DNA of 64,000 nt from an uncultured Eubacteriales bacterium (lineage in GTDB: Bacteria; Actinomycetota; Coriobacteriia; Anaerosomatales; PHET01), in NCBI GenBank assembly GCA_964403885.1, contig CAYOHY010000001.1:4209-68208 (forward strand), in the 5' to 3' direction. The notes beneath the pieces are model-generated. The model worked only from the letters and a program-made list of their open reading frames with translations. It did no database searches and was not told the origin of the DNA. Shown piece by piece: positions 50,189-59,695 of this stretch. Made by a program: the position numbers and the translations under genes. Each line of letters opens with the position of its first letter. Positions within the stretch are counted from its first letter, which is position 1.

Positions 50189-51413
50189 TGACTACGCCGG
50201 CGGGGCACGGGCGCGCTATGTCCTGATGGGCGCGGCGCTCTTCCTGACACTGTTCGGTCTCGTCATGATCTACTCGGCCTCCTCGATCCAGGCGTCGGTG
50301 AAGCTTGGATCGGACATTTCCATCGTGATCCGTCAGGTAGGCGCGACGTTGATGGGTGTGGTCGTGGCCTTCCTTCTGGCGCGTTTCGACTATCGCTTCA
50401 TCAAGGACCGCGCATGGACGGTGTGGACCGTCACGCTCGCATCACTGCTCGTCGTCCTGATTCTCGGCGTGGCGAGCCATGGCGCGCAGCGCTGGATCCC
50501 TCTGGGCCTGTTCAACTTGCAGCCGTCCGAGTTCGCGAAGATCACAGCGGTGCTGCTGGTGTGCGCGCTCGCGGTCGACTGGCAGCGCGGCCGGATGCCT
50601 GACAAGTCGTTCTGGTTCGCGGTGCTCGCCGCCGTCGCCATTCCTTCGGCGTTCATCATCGCGCAGCCTGACATGGGCACCACCGCCACACTTGTCGCCG
50701 CGTGTGCCATGGTCCTCATCCTCGCGGGCGTCGAATGGAAGTACATCCTCGGTACGTTCGTGGGGCTGGTCTCGTTGGGCGTGCTGTTCATCGGCACCTC
50801 GTCGTACCGAATGGAGCGCGTGACAGCGTTCATGAATCCGTGGGCTGACGCCCAGGACAAGGGCTATCAGTCGGTCCAGGCGCTTCTCGCGTTTGGCACG
50901 GGCGGCATCGACGGAGTTGGGCTGGGCCTGTCTCGGCAGAAGTTCTTCTACCTGCCGGAGGCCCACAACGACTTCATCCTCGCGATCATCGGCGAGGAGG
51001 CCGGCCTGCTGGGGTCGCTCGCCGTGGTGGCTGCGTTCGTGGTGCTGACGTGGGCCGGCTTCAAGATCGCCTCGGGGTCCAAGGACCCGTACGGACGACT
51101 CGTGGCAGGTGGTATCACGGGCATGCTCGCGTTCCAGGCCATCATCAACATGGCGGCGGTCACCGGTCTCATGCCTGTGACGGGCAAGCCGCTGCCGTTC
51201 GTGAGCTTTGGAGGCACCTCGGTGCTTGCGACGCTCACGTGCGTGGGCATCCTGCTGTCCGTCTCCGAGTACGGCGCGCGGTCTCCGCGTGCAGTGAAGG
51301 TCCGTAAGAGAAACGAGGGTGCGCGTCGTGAGAGCAGTGCTGAGCGGGGGCGGGACCGCGGGACACATCTATCCCGCGTTGACGGTGGCCGCGCTTCTCG
51401 CCGCCGAGCATGA
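50175..51413 (+). CDS. ftsW: Peptidoglycan glycosyltransferase FtsW (SEDS family)
   Basis: 10 TM SEDS protein. Basic C-terminal tail overlaps the murG start by ~95 nt. Confidence 0.85.
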   Translation: MSQRDDYAGGARARYVLMGAALFLTLFGLVMIYSASSIQASVKLGSDISIVIRQVGATLMGVVVAFLLARFDYRFIKDRAWTVWTVTLASLLVVLILGVASHGAQRWIPLGLFNLQPSEFAKITAVLLVCALAVDWQRGRMPDKSFWFAVLAAVAIPSAFIIAQPDMGTTATLVAACAMVLILAGVEWKYILGTFVGLVSLGVLFIGTSSYRMERVTAFMNPWADAQDKGYQSVQALLAFGTGGIDGVGLGLSRQKFFYLPEAHNDFILAIIGEEAGLLGSLAVVAAFVVLTWAGFKIASGSKDPYGRLVAGGITGMLAFQAIINMAAVTGLMPVTGKPLPFVSFGGTSVLATLTCVGILLSVSEYGARSPRAVKVRKRNEGARRESSAERGRDRGTHLSRVDGGRASRRRA

Positions 51414-52443
51414 CGAGGTCTCGTTCGTAGGCACGCCTGATGGTCTTGAGGCTCGCCTCGTTCCCGAGGCAGGCGTCGCCTTCAGGCCCCTTCCCGCCGC
51501 AGGCTTCGACCGGGCTCGCCCGTGGACGCTCGTCACCTCATCGCTGCGAATCGCGCTGTCCACCGTCCGTGCGTGGCGGTGGATGGGCAAGGAGCGCCCG
51601 GACGTGGTGATAGGTTTCGGGGGCTACGTCTCGCTTCCGGTCGGGGCAGCAGCGCTGCTTCGGGGTGTTCCGTTGGTGCTCCATGAGCAGAACTCCGTTC
51701 CCGGCATGGCCAATCGCGTCCTGTCGCGCTGGGCGAAGGCCGTCGGCGTCACGTACGACGAGTCGCGCACCGCTCTCAAGCGCCCCGAGCGCGCGGTGCT
51801 GACCGGTAATCCCGTGCGCGCGAACGTGCTCACCTCCAACCGCGAGGTCGGTCGAAAGAACCTCGGGCTCGCCGAGAACGACCTCGTGCTGCTGGTCTTT
51901 GGCGGCAGCAGGGGCGCGCGCCATCTGAACAGCGCGCTCGTCGCGATCGCGCCGAGGCTTCTGGCGATCGATGGGTTGCGGGTCATCCACGTCACCGGAG
52001 CCGGCGAGTACGAGCGAGTACGCGAGGCGTTCGACGCAGTGGGAGGGGACCCGTCGGGCAGATGGACGATCCTCGACTACCTTGACGGCATGGGCGACGC
52101 GATCGCCGCAGCGGATCTGGTGGTCGCCCGCGCAGGTGCGACGTCGATCGCCGAGCTGACCGTGCTGGGCGCTCCGTGCGTGCTTGTGCCGTACCCGTAT
52201 GCCACCGACGACCACCAGACGACGAACGCCGCTGCGATGGTCGAGCGTGGTGCGGCCGTGCTGGTCGCCGATGCCGAGCTCGACGATTCACGCTTCGGTG
52301 ACGAGCTCGCCGCGCTGCTCGGAGACGCTGCCCGGCGTGCTACCATGTCTGCCGCATCGCGTGAGCTCGGTCGCCCCGATGCCGCTGCCCGTGTGGTGCG
52401 GCTCGCGCGAGGCGTGATCGAGTCACCAGCCACCGACGGATGA
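51319..52443 (+). CDS. murG: UDP-N-acetylglucosamine--N-acetylmuramyl-(pentapeptide) pyrophosphoryl-undecaprenol N-acetylglucosamine transferase
   Basis: GGGTAGHIYPAL N-terminal motif. GT28 family. GTG start; the exact start is uncertain (51319, 51328 or 51337). Confidence 0.9.
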   Translation: MRVVRAVLSGGGTAGHIYPALTVAALLAAEHDEVSFVGTPDGLEARLVPEAGVAFRPLPAAGFDRARPWTLVTSSLRIALSTVRAWRWMGKERPDVVIGFGGYVSLPVGAAALLRGVPLVLHEQNSVPGMANRVLSRWAKAVGVTYDESRTALKRPERAVLTGNPVRANVLTSNREVGRKNLGLAENDLVLLVFGGSRGARHLNSALVAIAPRLLAIDGLRVIHVTGAGEYERVREAFDAVGGDPSGRWTILDYLDGMGDAIAAADLVVARAGATSIAELTVLGAPCVLVPYPYATDDHQTTNAAAMVERGAAVLVADAELDDSRFGDELAALLGDAARRATMSAASRELGRPDAAARVVRLARGVIESPATDG

Positions 52444-52450
52444 GGACACC

Positions 52451-53848
52451 GTGTCGGATCAGGTCCATGCACACTTCATCGGAGTAGGCGGAGCCGGCAT
52501 GAGCGGCATCGCGCTCGTCTTGCACGAGCGTGGGGTCGTGGTGACCGGCAGTGACCTCAAGGAGTCGCGCTACTCGCGAGCCCTGACCAAGGCCGGTGTT
52601 CCCGTGACCATCGGACACGCCGCCGAGAACCTCGGTGACCCGTCGGTCGTCGTGGTATCGACCGCCATCCCCGAGCGCAACCCCGAACTCGCCGAGGCGC
52701 GCTCCCGGGGCATCGAGGTCTGGCCGCGTGCGCGGATGCTCGCCGAGCTCGCGGGGCCTCGCAAGACCGTGGCCGTCGCCGGCACACATGGCAAGACGAG
52801 CACGTCGTCGATGATCGCGACGATGCTCTCGGGCATGAACCTGGATCCCACGTTCCTCATCGGTGGTGAGGTCGATGGTTTTGACACCAACGCCGTCAAC
52901 GGCGCAGGTGAGCACTTCGTGGTGGAGGCCGACGAGAGCGATGGCTCCTTCGTCTACCTCGACCCCTTCATCAGCGTGGTCACCAACATCGAGGCTGACC
53001 ACCTCGATCACTACGCGTCCCTCGCCGAGATCGAGGACACGTTCGTCGAGTTCATGGGTCGTACCGCCAAAGATGGCGCTCTCGTGGTCTGTCGAGACGA
53101 TGAGAGGCTCACGAGCGTCGCACGAGGCGTGGACCGGCGGTTGGTCACGTATGGCTTCTCAGAAGACAGTGATGTGCGCTGTGTGGCTCGCGAGCGCCGC
53201 GGTTTGGGCTACGAGTTCGACGTGCATCTCCCGGACGGCTCTGTCGTGTCGTGCACGAGCGGGGTTCCCGGGCTTCATATGGTCAGCAACTCGGCCGCGG
53301 CCCTGGCTTCAGCGTATGCGCTGGGCCTGGATATGTCCGCCGCCGCCGATGCGCTCGCGCGCTTCACCGGTGTCCGCCGCCGCTTCGACCTCATCGGCGA
53401 GAGCGCGGGCGTGACCGTGGTCGACGACTACGCCCACCATCCCACCGAGGTCGCCGCAACGCTCGAGGCGGCAGCCGGCTTGGGCTACCGTCGTGTATGG
53501 GCACTGTTCCAGCCCCATCGCTACAGTCGAACCGCCGCGTTCACACGGGAGTTCGGCGAGGCGTTCGGGGCGGCGGACCGCGTGGTGCTGATGGACGTCT
53601 ACAGCGCGGGCGAGGCCCCCATACCCGGCGTCAGCGGCAAGAGCCTGCTGTCCTCGGTGCTCGACACCCAGCCTCGCGCCCAGGTCGCCTACCTGCCTCA
53701 CCGTGCAGACGTGGTCCCGTTCCTTGCGCAACGCGTCTCAGAGGGTGACCTCGTCATGACGATGGGGGCCGGTGATATCACCGCCATCGGTCCGGAGCTC
53801 GTGACGGCGCTCGACGCCCGCGAGCGCGGAGACGTCTCGTGTCAGTAG
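52451..53848 (+). CDS. murC: UDP-N-acetylmuramate--L-alanine ligase
   Basis: HFIGVGGAGMSGIA N-terminus and GTHGKTSTSSM P-loop. Confidence 0.95.
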   Translation: MSDQVHAHFIGVGGAGMSGIALVLHERGVVVTGSDLKESRYSRALTKAGVPVTIGHAAENLGDPSVVVVSTAIPERNPELAEARSRGIEVWPRARMLAELAGPRKTVAVAGTHGKTSTSSMIATMLSGMNLDPTFLIGGEVDGFDTNAVNGAGEHFVVEADESDGSFVYLDPFISVVTNIEADHLDHYASLAEIEDTFVEFMGRTAKDGALVVCRDDERLTSVARGVDRRLVTYGFSEDSDVRCVARERRGLGYEFDVHLPDGSVVSCTSGVPGLHMVSNSAAALASAYALGLDMSAAADALARFTGVRRRFDLIGESAGVTVVDDYAHHPTEVAATLEAAAGLGYRRVWALFQPHRYSRTAAFTREFGEAFGAADRVVLMDVYSAGEAPIPGVSGKSLLSSVLDTQPRAQVAYLPHRADVVPFLAQRVSEGDLVMTMGAGDITAIGPELVTALDARERGDVSCQ

Positions 53849-54756
53849 CGCGCGCATTCGAGCGTCTGGGCGGTTCGGTCGGCGGTGTGGTCAAACGCGA
53901 TGAGCCGCTGAGCCGGCACACGACGTTTCGCATCGGAGGCCCGGCCGCCCTGTTCATCGAGTGCGACACCGTGGCCGACCTCGCCGCCGCAACAGAGATC
54001 TGCGCCGACGAAGGGGTCGAGTGGACGGTCCTCGGCAAGGGCAGCAACGTGCTCGCGTCGGACGAAGGATATGACGGTGCGGTGCTCGTGCTGGGCAAGG
54101 GCTTCAAGCGGCACTCGGTCGAAGACGGTCGTATCATCGCGGGCGCGGGAGTCATCCTCGCCGCGCTCGTCCAGGTGGCCTTCCGAGAAGGACTGACCGG
54201 TTTCGAGTTCGCTGTGGGCATTCCCGGCACGCTAGGCGGTGCCCTTGCGATGAACGCGGGATCGCGTGACGACTGGATCGGTTCGATCACCGAGACGGTC
54301 TCGCTGTTCGTGCCGGGCGAGGGGCTCGTCTCGGTGGGTGCCGCCGAGGTGCAGTGGGGCTACCGGCGCACCGATCTGCCGCAGCGAGGTATCATCGTCG
54401 AGTCGGCGCTGAGGCTTCAGCCCGGAGACGGCGACCAGATACGGCAGGTCATGGAGGCGAGTCTGCGCCGTCGCAAACGCAACCAGCCACTCTCGCTCCC
54501 TAACGCCGGAAGCGTGTTCGTGAACCCCCAAGGCGACTCGGCGGGACGTCTTATCGAGAGCGCGGGTTTGAAGGGTTTGGCGGTGGGTGGAGCGTCCATC
54601 TCCGACATCCACGCCAACTTCATCGTCAACACCGGAGACGCGAAGGCAGCCGACGTCATCGAGCTGGTTCGACGGGTCCGTGAAGCAGTCAAGGAAACGC
54701 ATGGCATCGAACTCACACCGGAAATCAGGTTCCTCGGGTCGTTCGGGTCCGCGTAA
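53839..54756 (+). CDS. murB: UDP-N-acetylenolpyruvoylglucosamine reductase
   Basis: FAD-binding LSRHTTFRIGGPA motif plus GSNVL motif. 305 aa. Confidence 0.9.
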   Translation: MSVARAFERLGGSVGGVVKRDEPLSRHTTFRIGGPAALFIECDTVADLAAATEICADEGVEWTVLGKGSNVLASDEGYDGAVLVLGKGFKRHSVEDGRIIAGAGVILAALVQVAFREGLTGFEFAVGIPGTLGGALAMNAGSRDDWIGSITETVSLFVPGEGLVSVGAAEVQWGYRRTDLPQRGIIVESALRLQPGDGDQIRQVMEASLRRRKRNQPLSLPNAGSVFVNPQGDSAGRLIESAGLKGLAVGGASISDIHANFIVNTGDAKAADVIELVRRVREAVKETHGIELTPEIRFLGSFGSA

Positions 54757-55684
54757 GCGGGTCGTGATCGGCGCCGAAGAGACGGTACGCGTTCGCTACA
54801 AGAAGAATCAGCCTCAAGTCGAGGCTGAGCGTCGTTCCACCACGCGCCAGACGGCGCGGGTAGCCACCCGCCGTGCCGGCCTCGAGCGCCCCGCACCGTC
54901 TCAGCAGGGCAAGCGGCTTTCGAGCGCGAAGCGCGAGGAGCGTGAACGTCGGCAGCAGACGATACGGCTGCGCCGTGTGGGGCTGTGGGCCGCCATCGCA
55001 GCCGTCGCCATCGTCGTGCTGTGGGGGCTGGTCGCGTTGTTCAACGCCCCCGTGTTCTCGCTACGGACCATTGTGGTCACGGGCGCCCATCAGCTGAGCG
55101 ACGAGCGTGTCCGCGAGCTCGCAGCGGTGCCCACCGCAACCGTGCTCACCAGGCTGGACACGAGCGACGTGCGCAAGCGGCTCGAGGCTGACCCGTGGGT
55201 GGTCAAGGCTCGAGTCGATCGAGACTTCCCGTCCACGTTGAGACTCGAGATCGTCGAACGCACCCCAGTGGCCGTGGTCGACGCCGGGGGAGCGGAAGTA
55301 TGGCTGGTGTCTTCAGACGGGTACTGGCTCGATCGGCAGAGCAAGGTGACCACTGGCGTCGTGGCGATCAGAGACATCGAGGGGCTCAAGCCTGTCCGGG
55401 GCAAGCGGGCGACGTCCAAGGAGCTCACCAACGCGATCAAGGTGGCGGCGGGCATCAGCCCCGAGCTGAGGGCGATGACGCGCAGTATCTCGGCGCCGTC
55501 GATCGAGAAGACTTCGCTCATGACCACAGATGACGTGGAGATATACATCGGCGAGGCCACTGATCTCAAGACCAAGGATCAGATCGCGCGCAAGATACTC
55601 GCGAAGCAGAAGGGCAAGGTCGTCTACATCAACGTCCGGGTGGTCGAGAGCCCCACATGGAGGGGTCTCGACACGTCGGAATAG
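54701..55684 (+). CDS. ftsQ: Cell division protein FtsQ/DivIB
   Basis: Basic N-terminus, single TM (LWAAIAAVAIVVLWGLV), POTRA plus FtsQ domains. Start uncertain (ATG 54701 overlapping murB, or GTG 54764). Confidence 0.75.
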   Translation: MASNSHRKSGSSGRSGPRKRVVIGAEETVRVRYKKNQPQVEAERRSTTRQTARVATRRAGLERPAPSQQGKRLSSAKREERERRQQTIRLRRVGLWAAIAAVAIVVLWGLVALFNAPVFSLRTIVVTGAHQLSDERVRELAAVPTATVLTRLDTSDVRKRLEADPWVVKARVDRDFPSTLRLEIVERTPVAVVDAGGAEVWLVSSDGYWLDRQSKVTTGVVAIRDIEGLKPVRGKRATSKELTNAIKVAAGISPELRAMTRSISAPSIEKTSLMTTDDVEIYIGEATDLKTKDQIARKILAKQKGKVVYINVRVVESPTWRGLDTSE

Positions 55685-55872
55685 CACGGTAGATACACCC
55701 TCTGAACTGGGCATTCGTATCACCCTCGACTGATAGTCGACACAACTTCTTGCGCCCGACTTGCGCATCCGCTAACGTTTATGCGAAGATTGAGCGTTCC
55801 ACCCGCTATATAACGGTCAACTAGAGGTTTACAGTTGTAGCACTGGCCGGGAAACCTCCGGGGGAGGCAGTA

Positions 55873-56955
55873 ATGCTCGAAACGGGCGCGAATTATCTGG
55901 CAGTAATCAAGGTCGTCGGTGTAGGCGGCGGCGGTACGAACGCCGTCAACCGCATGGTCGAGGCGGGCGTGAAGGGCGTCGAGTTCATCGCGGTGAACAC
56001 CGATGCGCAGGCGCTGCTCATGTCCGACGCCGACTACAAGGTCCACGTGGGCGTGGGTCTCACCAAGGGTCTCGGCGCTGGCGCCGATCCCGACGTGGGC
56101 TTCCAGGCCGCGGAGGAGAACCGCGCGGAGATCAAGGAGGCGCTTCAGGGTGCCGACATGGTCTTCATCACCGCGGGTGAAGGCGGTGGCACCGGTACCG
56201 GTGCCGCACCGGTCATCGCCGAGATCGCCAAGGAGGAGATCGGCGCCCTGACGGTAGGTGTCGTCACTCGTCCCTTCGCGTTCGAAGGCCGCAAGCGTGC
56301 ACTGCAGGCCGACGAGGGCATCAAGCGCCTTCGCGAGAAGGTCGACACGCTGATCGTCATCCCTAACGATCGTCTGCTGCAGGTCGCCGAGAAGAAGACG
56401 TCGATCCTTGACGCCTTCAGGATCGCCGACGACATCCTGCGCCAGGGTACTCAGGGCATCACGGACCTCATCACCGTGCCCGGGCTGATCAACCTCGACT
56501 TCGCCGACGTTCGCACGATCATGGCGGACGCGGGCTCGGCGCTCATGGGCATCGGTATCGCCACCGGCGACAACCGGGCGCACGAGGCAGCGAAGGCCGC
56601 GATCTCCAGTCCGCTGCTCGAGTCTTCGATCCAGGGCGCCGATGGCGTGCTGCTCTCGATCGCGGGCGGCAGCGACCTTGGCCTGTTCGAGGTCAACGAG
56701 GCGGCCGAAGTCGTGCAGGCAGCGGCCGCACCTGACGCCAACATCATCTTCGGTGCCGTCATCGATGACTCGATGATGGATCAGATCAGGGTCACCGTGA
56801 TCGCCACCGGATTCGACGGCGTGCGCAAGCAAGAGACGATGTCGTTCTCGGCGCTGTCCGATGACTCGGTGCCGGCGCTCTCGGTGCCCACGTTCGAGCC
56901 CGTCCCCGAGGACGATCTCGATATCCCTGCGTTCCTCAAGAAGCGCTCCTTCTAG
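55873..56955 (+). CDS. ftsZ: Cell division GTPase FtsZ
   Basis: [10 protein letters not shown] tubulin signature. GGGGAGG RBS. 360 aa. Confidence 0.97.
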   Translation: MLETGANYLAVIKVVGVGGGGTNAVNRMVEAGVKGVEFIAVNTDAQALLMSDADYKVHVGVGLTKGLGAGADPDVGFQAAEENRAEIKEALQGADMVFITAGEGGGTGTGAAPVIAEIAKEEIGALTVGVVTRPFAFEGRKRALQADEGIKRLREKVDTLIVIPNDRLLQVAEKKTSILDAFRIADDILRQGTQGITDLITVPGLINLDFADVRTIMADAGSALMGIGIATGDNRAHEAAKAAISSPLLESSIQGADGVLLSIAGGSDLGLFEVNEAAEVVQAAAAPDANIIFGAVIDDSMMDQIRVTVIATGFDGVRKQETMSFSALSDDSVPALSVPTFEPVPEDDLDIPAFLKKRSF

Positions 56956-56979
56956 GAGGCTTCTGACAGGTCCGGATTG

Positions 56980-57030
56980 GACCCGGTGGCGACGACGGCG
57001 GGACCTCGTCGTCACCGGGTCCTTCTGTGT
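56980..57030. terminator. First terminator hairpin after ftsZ (long interrupted stem)
   Basis: GACCCGGTG-gc-GACGACG-gcgggacct-CGTCGTC-ACCGGGTC followed by CTTCTGTGT. Confidence 0.5.
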
Positions 57031-57043
57031 CCGGACGATGAAA

Positions 57044-57075
57044 GGGACCCGCCAAACGGCGGGTCCCTTTGTGTT
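57044..57075. terminator. Second, bidirectional intrinsic terminator between ftsZ and the convergent minus-strand gene
   Basis: Perfect 10-bp stem GGGACCCGCC-aaac-GGCGGGTCCC. Followed by TTTGTGTT on the + strand and by TTTCAT on the - strand. Confidence 0.65.
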
Positions 57076-57090
57076 GCGATGGACGCCTGG

Positions 57091-57951
57091 CTACCTCTGT
57101 GAGTCACCCGGTGCCGAGTCGTCCTGGTGCTCCTCGGCGCTCGCGTCGGGTGCCCCAGGAGCGGCGGCTGGTGGCGCAGGCGGCGCGGGCATCGGGGGGG
57201 CCGCAGGCGGGTAGCTGACGGGCGGAACGGCCGCGGGCGGGTAGTTGGCAGGCGGGGCGGGCGGCGCGTAGACAGGCGCCGGCGCCAGACCGTAGGCGCG
57301 TTGCGCCCACTGTCCCAAGACGTGGCCACTCGCCATGAGGGTGAAGTACGTCACGGCGGGGTAGAGGATCGCACCCACACCGGTTGCACTCAGGACGCTT
57401 CCTGCTATTCCGCCGATGAGCGAGATCACGACGGTGTAGATCCACGCCGTGAAGTAGCCGGTCCCGCCGCGCACGCGCGCGAGGATCTCACCGATCGCGA
57501 AGAACGAGCCGAACCTGCCGGTCATCGCGTAGTGGACGGTCGCCGCCGAGAACAGGACGGACACGGCGATCGAGTAGACCACCACGATGATCCAGTAGAA
57601 GCACAGTCCGGAGACCAAGGCGCCCACTGCGGTGTCATCTCCGCCCGTCGAGATGACGGCGATGATGGCGGGTACCAGAAGGAAGAGGGTCAAGATCACG
57701 ACGGGCAGGAAGTAGATGAACCCTGCGACCGAGACCAAGAATCCCCGGACCCACTTGTTGCCGAAGTCGTCCCAGCCGGGAAGGTCTTCGTCGCCCCGGC
57801 TGACCTTGGCGATGTAGTCGACCTGTGCGCCCGAGAGGGCGGGGATGGTGACGACGAGAAGTCCCCACAAGAAGCCGAGCAGGGTCTTGCTCACCCAGTC
57901 CTTGTCTCCGAAGAACGCCTTGAAAGAACGCCCGAGGTCTATCGTGTTCAT
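57091..57951 (-). CDS. DUF4013-like polytopic membrane protein with proline-rich C-terminal tail
   Basis: Start at the ATG (MNTIDLGRSFKAFFGDKDW) with a GGGAG RBS. ~6 TM. C-terminal PAPVYAPPAPPANYPPAAVPPVSYPPAAPPMPAPPAPP low-complexity tail. Confidence 0.6.
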   Translation of the reverse strand: MNTIDLGRSFKAFFGDKDWVSKTLLGFLWGLLVVTIPALSGAQVDYIAKVSRGDEDLPGWDDFGNKWVRGFLVSVAGFIYFLPVVILTLFLLVPAIIAVISTGGDDTAVGALVSGLCFYWIIVVVYSIAVSVLFSAATVHYAMTGRFGSFFAIGEILARVRGGTGYFTAWIYTVVISLIGGIAGSVLSATGVGAILYPAVTYFTLMASGHVLGQWAQRAYGLAPAPVYAPPAPPANYPPAAVPPVSYPPAAPPMPAPPAPPAAAPGAPDASAEEHQDDSAPGDSQR

Positions 57952-58049
57952 AGTCGCTCCCTGCGCCGATGTCATGGTGATTGGTATCGGGTCGTCTATT
58001 GGATACCCTTGGAAGCCTCCAAGCACACGAGAGAGGTAGCAAGTTGAGC

Positions 58050-58865
58050 GTGGCAGCCGCGCCGAGTCTCACGAGGATCGTCTCAGACGGAGTCGCCGTC
58101 TGGGTTGATCTCGAGCTCGAGAAGCAGGGAGTGCTTGTGGCGTTCACCGAGCGGACCGGCGGGGTGAGCCTGCCGCCGTTTGCGTCGCTCAATCTTGCCG
58201 GCCATGTGGGTGACGACTCTCGAGACGTGGACGAGAACCGTGATCGGCTGCTGCGCTCGCTGGGCATCGGGTCACTGGGTCCCAGGCTCGTCACCGCCGA
58301 GCAGGTCCATGGCGAGCACATCGCGGTGATCGGGGAGGCGCAAGCCGGGCGTGGTGCGCGTGTGTCCGCCGGCGAGGGTCCCCTGCCCGCGACCGACGCA
58401 GTCGTCACGCTTGCCGCGCGCGTGCCGGTCATGCTCTTCTTCGCGGACTGCGTCCCGGTGGTGCTCGTCGCGCCCGGGCGCGCGATCGCCGTCGTCCATG
58501 CCGGGTGGCGCGGAGCGCTCGCCGGACTGCCCGGAAAGACCGTCGCCGAGTTGGCGCAGCGGGCGGATGTGAAACCTCGAGAAGTGACCGCCTACGTGGG
58601 GCCGCACATCGGTGCCTGTCACTACGAAGTCGGTGACGAAATCATGTCGCAATTCTTTAACGCGTTTGGTACAGTCGCACGGGCTGAATCGGGGGGACTC
58701 GATCTTGGCTCGGTAGTGGCCGCTTCCCTGACCTCTTCAGGAGTCGACCCGTGCAGAATCGCATGCCTCGGAACATGTACCGCCGAGGCGACGGAACGGT
58801 TCTTCTCGTATCGCGCCGAAGGCGGCCTCACGGGCCGACACGGCGCGCTCGCGTGCATTCTCTGA
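58050..58865 (+). CDS. pgeF: Peptidoglycan editing factor PgeF (YfiH/laccase-domain, purine nucleoside phosphorylase-like)
   Basis: VHAGWRG… C..H motifs of the YfiH/DUF152 family. Conserved position after ftsZ. GTG start (TTG 58044 and ATG 57981 are alternatives). Confidence 0.8.
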   Translation: MAAAPSLTRIVSDGVAVWVDLELEKQGVLVAFTERTGGVSLPPFASLNLAGHVGDDSRDVDENRDRLLRSLGIGSLGPRLVTAEQVHGEHIAVIGEAQAGRGARVSAGEGPLPATDAVVTLAARVPVMLFFADCVPVVLVAPGRAIAVVHAGWRGALAGLPGKTVAELAQRADVKPREVTAYVGPHIGACHYEVGDEIMSQFFNAFGTVARAESGGLDLGSVVAASLTSSGVDPCRIACLGTCTAEATERFFSYRAEGGLTGRHGALACIL

Positions 58866-59695
58866 CCGTTCTTGTCGCCCTCATCATCTCGTTGGTCGCG
58901 CTCACCGGCTGTAGGTCGCAGGAGCAGTCGACGACGAAGCTCATCGTCACCGGTTCCACCACGATCCTGCCGATCGCCGAGCAGGCCGCCGAAGGCTACC
59001 AAGACGCCAACGAGGGCGTGAGTGTGCTGGTCTCCGGCCTGGGCTCCTCGGCGGGCATCGAGGCGGTCACCGCCGGGACGAGCGACATCGGCACCTCATC
59101 TCGCGACCTCAAGGACGAGGAGCAGGGCAAGGGGCTCGTCGACACCCCGATCGCGTTCGACGGCATCGCGGTGATCGTCAATCCTTCCAATCCGGTCAAG
59201 GCGCTGACGACCGACCAGTTGCGCAAGATCTTCTCCGGGGAGATCACCAACTGGAAGGAAGTGGGCGGCAACGACCGCGACATCGATCTGGTGAACCGTG
59301 ATGAGGCCTCCGGTACGCGTGAGGCGTTCAAGAAGATCGTCATGGGCGAGGACGCTCACTTCGACCGCCGCGCCGTGGTGCTTCCCGGTACCGGCCAGGT
59401 CCGCGACGTCGTGTCGCGTTCAGAGGGCGCCATCGGCTACATCTCCGTCGGGTTCGTGGAGCCGCGTTTTCAGGCCAAGCCCGTCAAGGCATTGATGATC
59501 GACGGCGTCGTGGCCAGCGAGGCCACGGTCGCGAGCAAGGAGTATCCCATCGCACGCACGTTGCACTTCTTCACCAAGGGTGAGCCCACCGGTCTTGCGA
59601 AGGGCTACATCGACTACGTGCTGTCAGACGAGGTCCAAAACGGCGTGGTCGTCGACGCCGGCTTCGTCCCGGTGACCAAGGCGGGTGGAAAGTGA
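58853..59695 (+). CDS. pstS: Phosphate ABC transporter substrate-binding lipoprotein PstS
   Basis: Lipobox LVALTGC. GSTTILPIAEQAAEGYQ and SSRDLKDEE PstS motifs. Start ambiguous (GTG 58853 or ATG 58775); either overlaps the pgeF 3' end. Confidence 0.8.
   Translation: MHSLTVLVALIISLVALTGCRSQEQSTTKLIVTGSTTILPIAEQAAEGYQDANEGVSVLVSGLGSSAGIEAVTAGTSDIGTSSRDLKDEEQGKGLVDTPIAFDGIAVIVNPSNPVKALTTDQLRKIFSGEITNWKEVGGNDRDIDLVNRDEASGTREAFKKIVMGEDAHFDRRAVVLPGTGQVRDVVSRSEGAIGYISVGFVEPRFQAKPVKALMIDGVVASEATVASKEYPIARTLHFFTKGEPTGLAKGYIDYVLSDEVQNGVVVDAGFVPVTKAGGK

Noticed and set aside
57981-58049. pgeF start at ATG 57981.
   Set aside because: It would leave only 30 nt to the divergent DUF4013 gene start at 57951. 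GTG 58050, preceded by an AGAGAGG-like SD, gives a protein length typical of YfiH.
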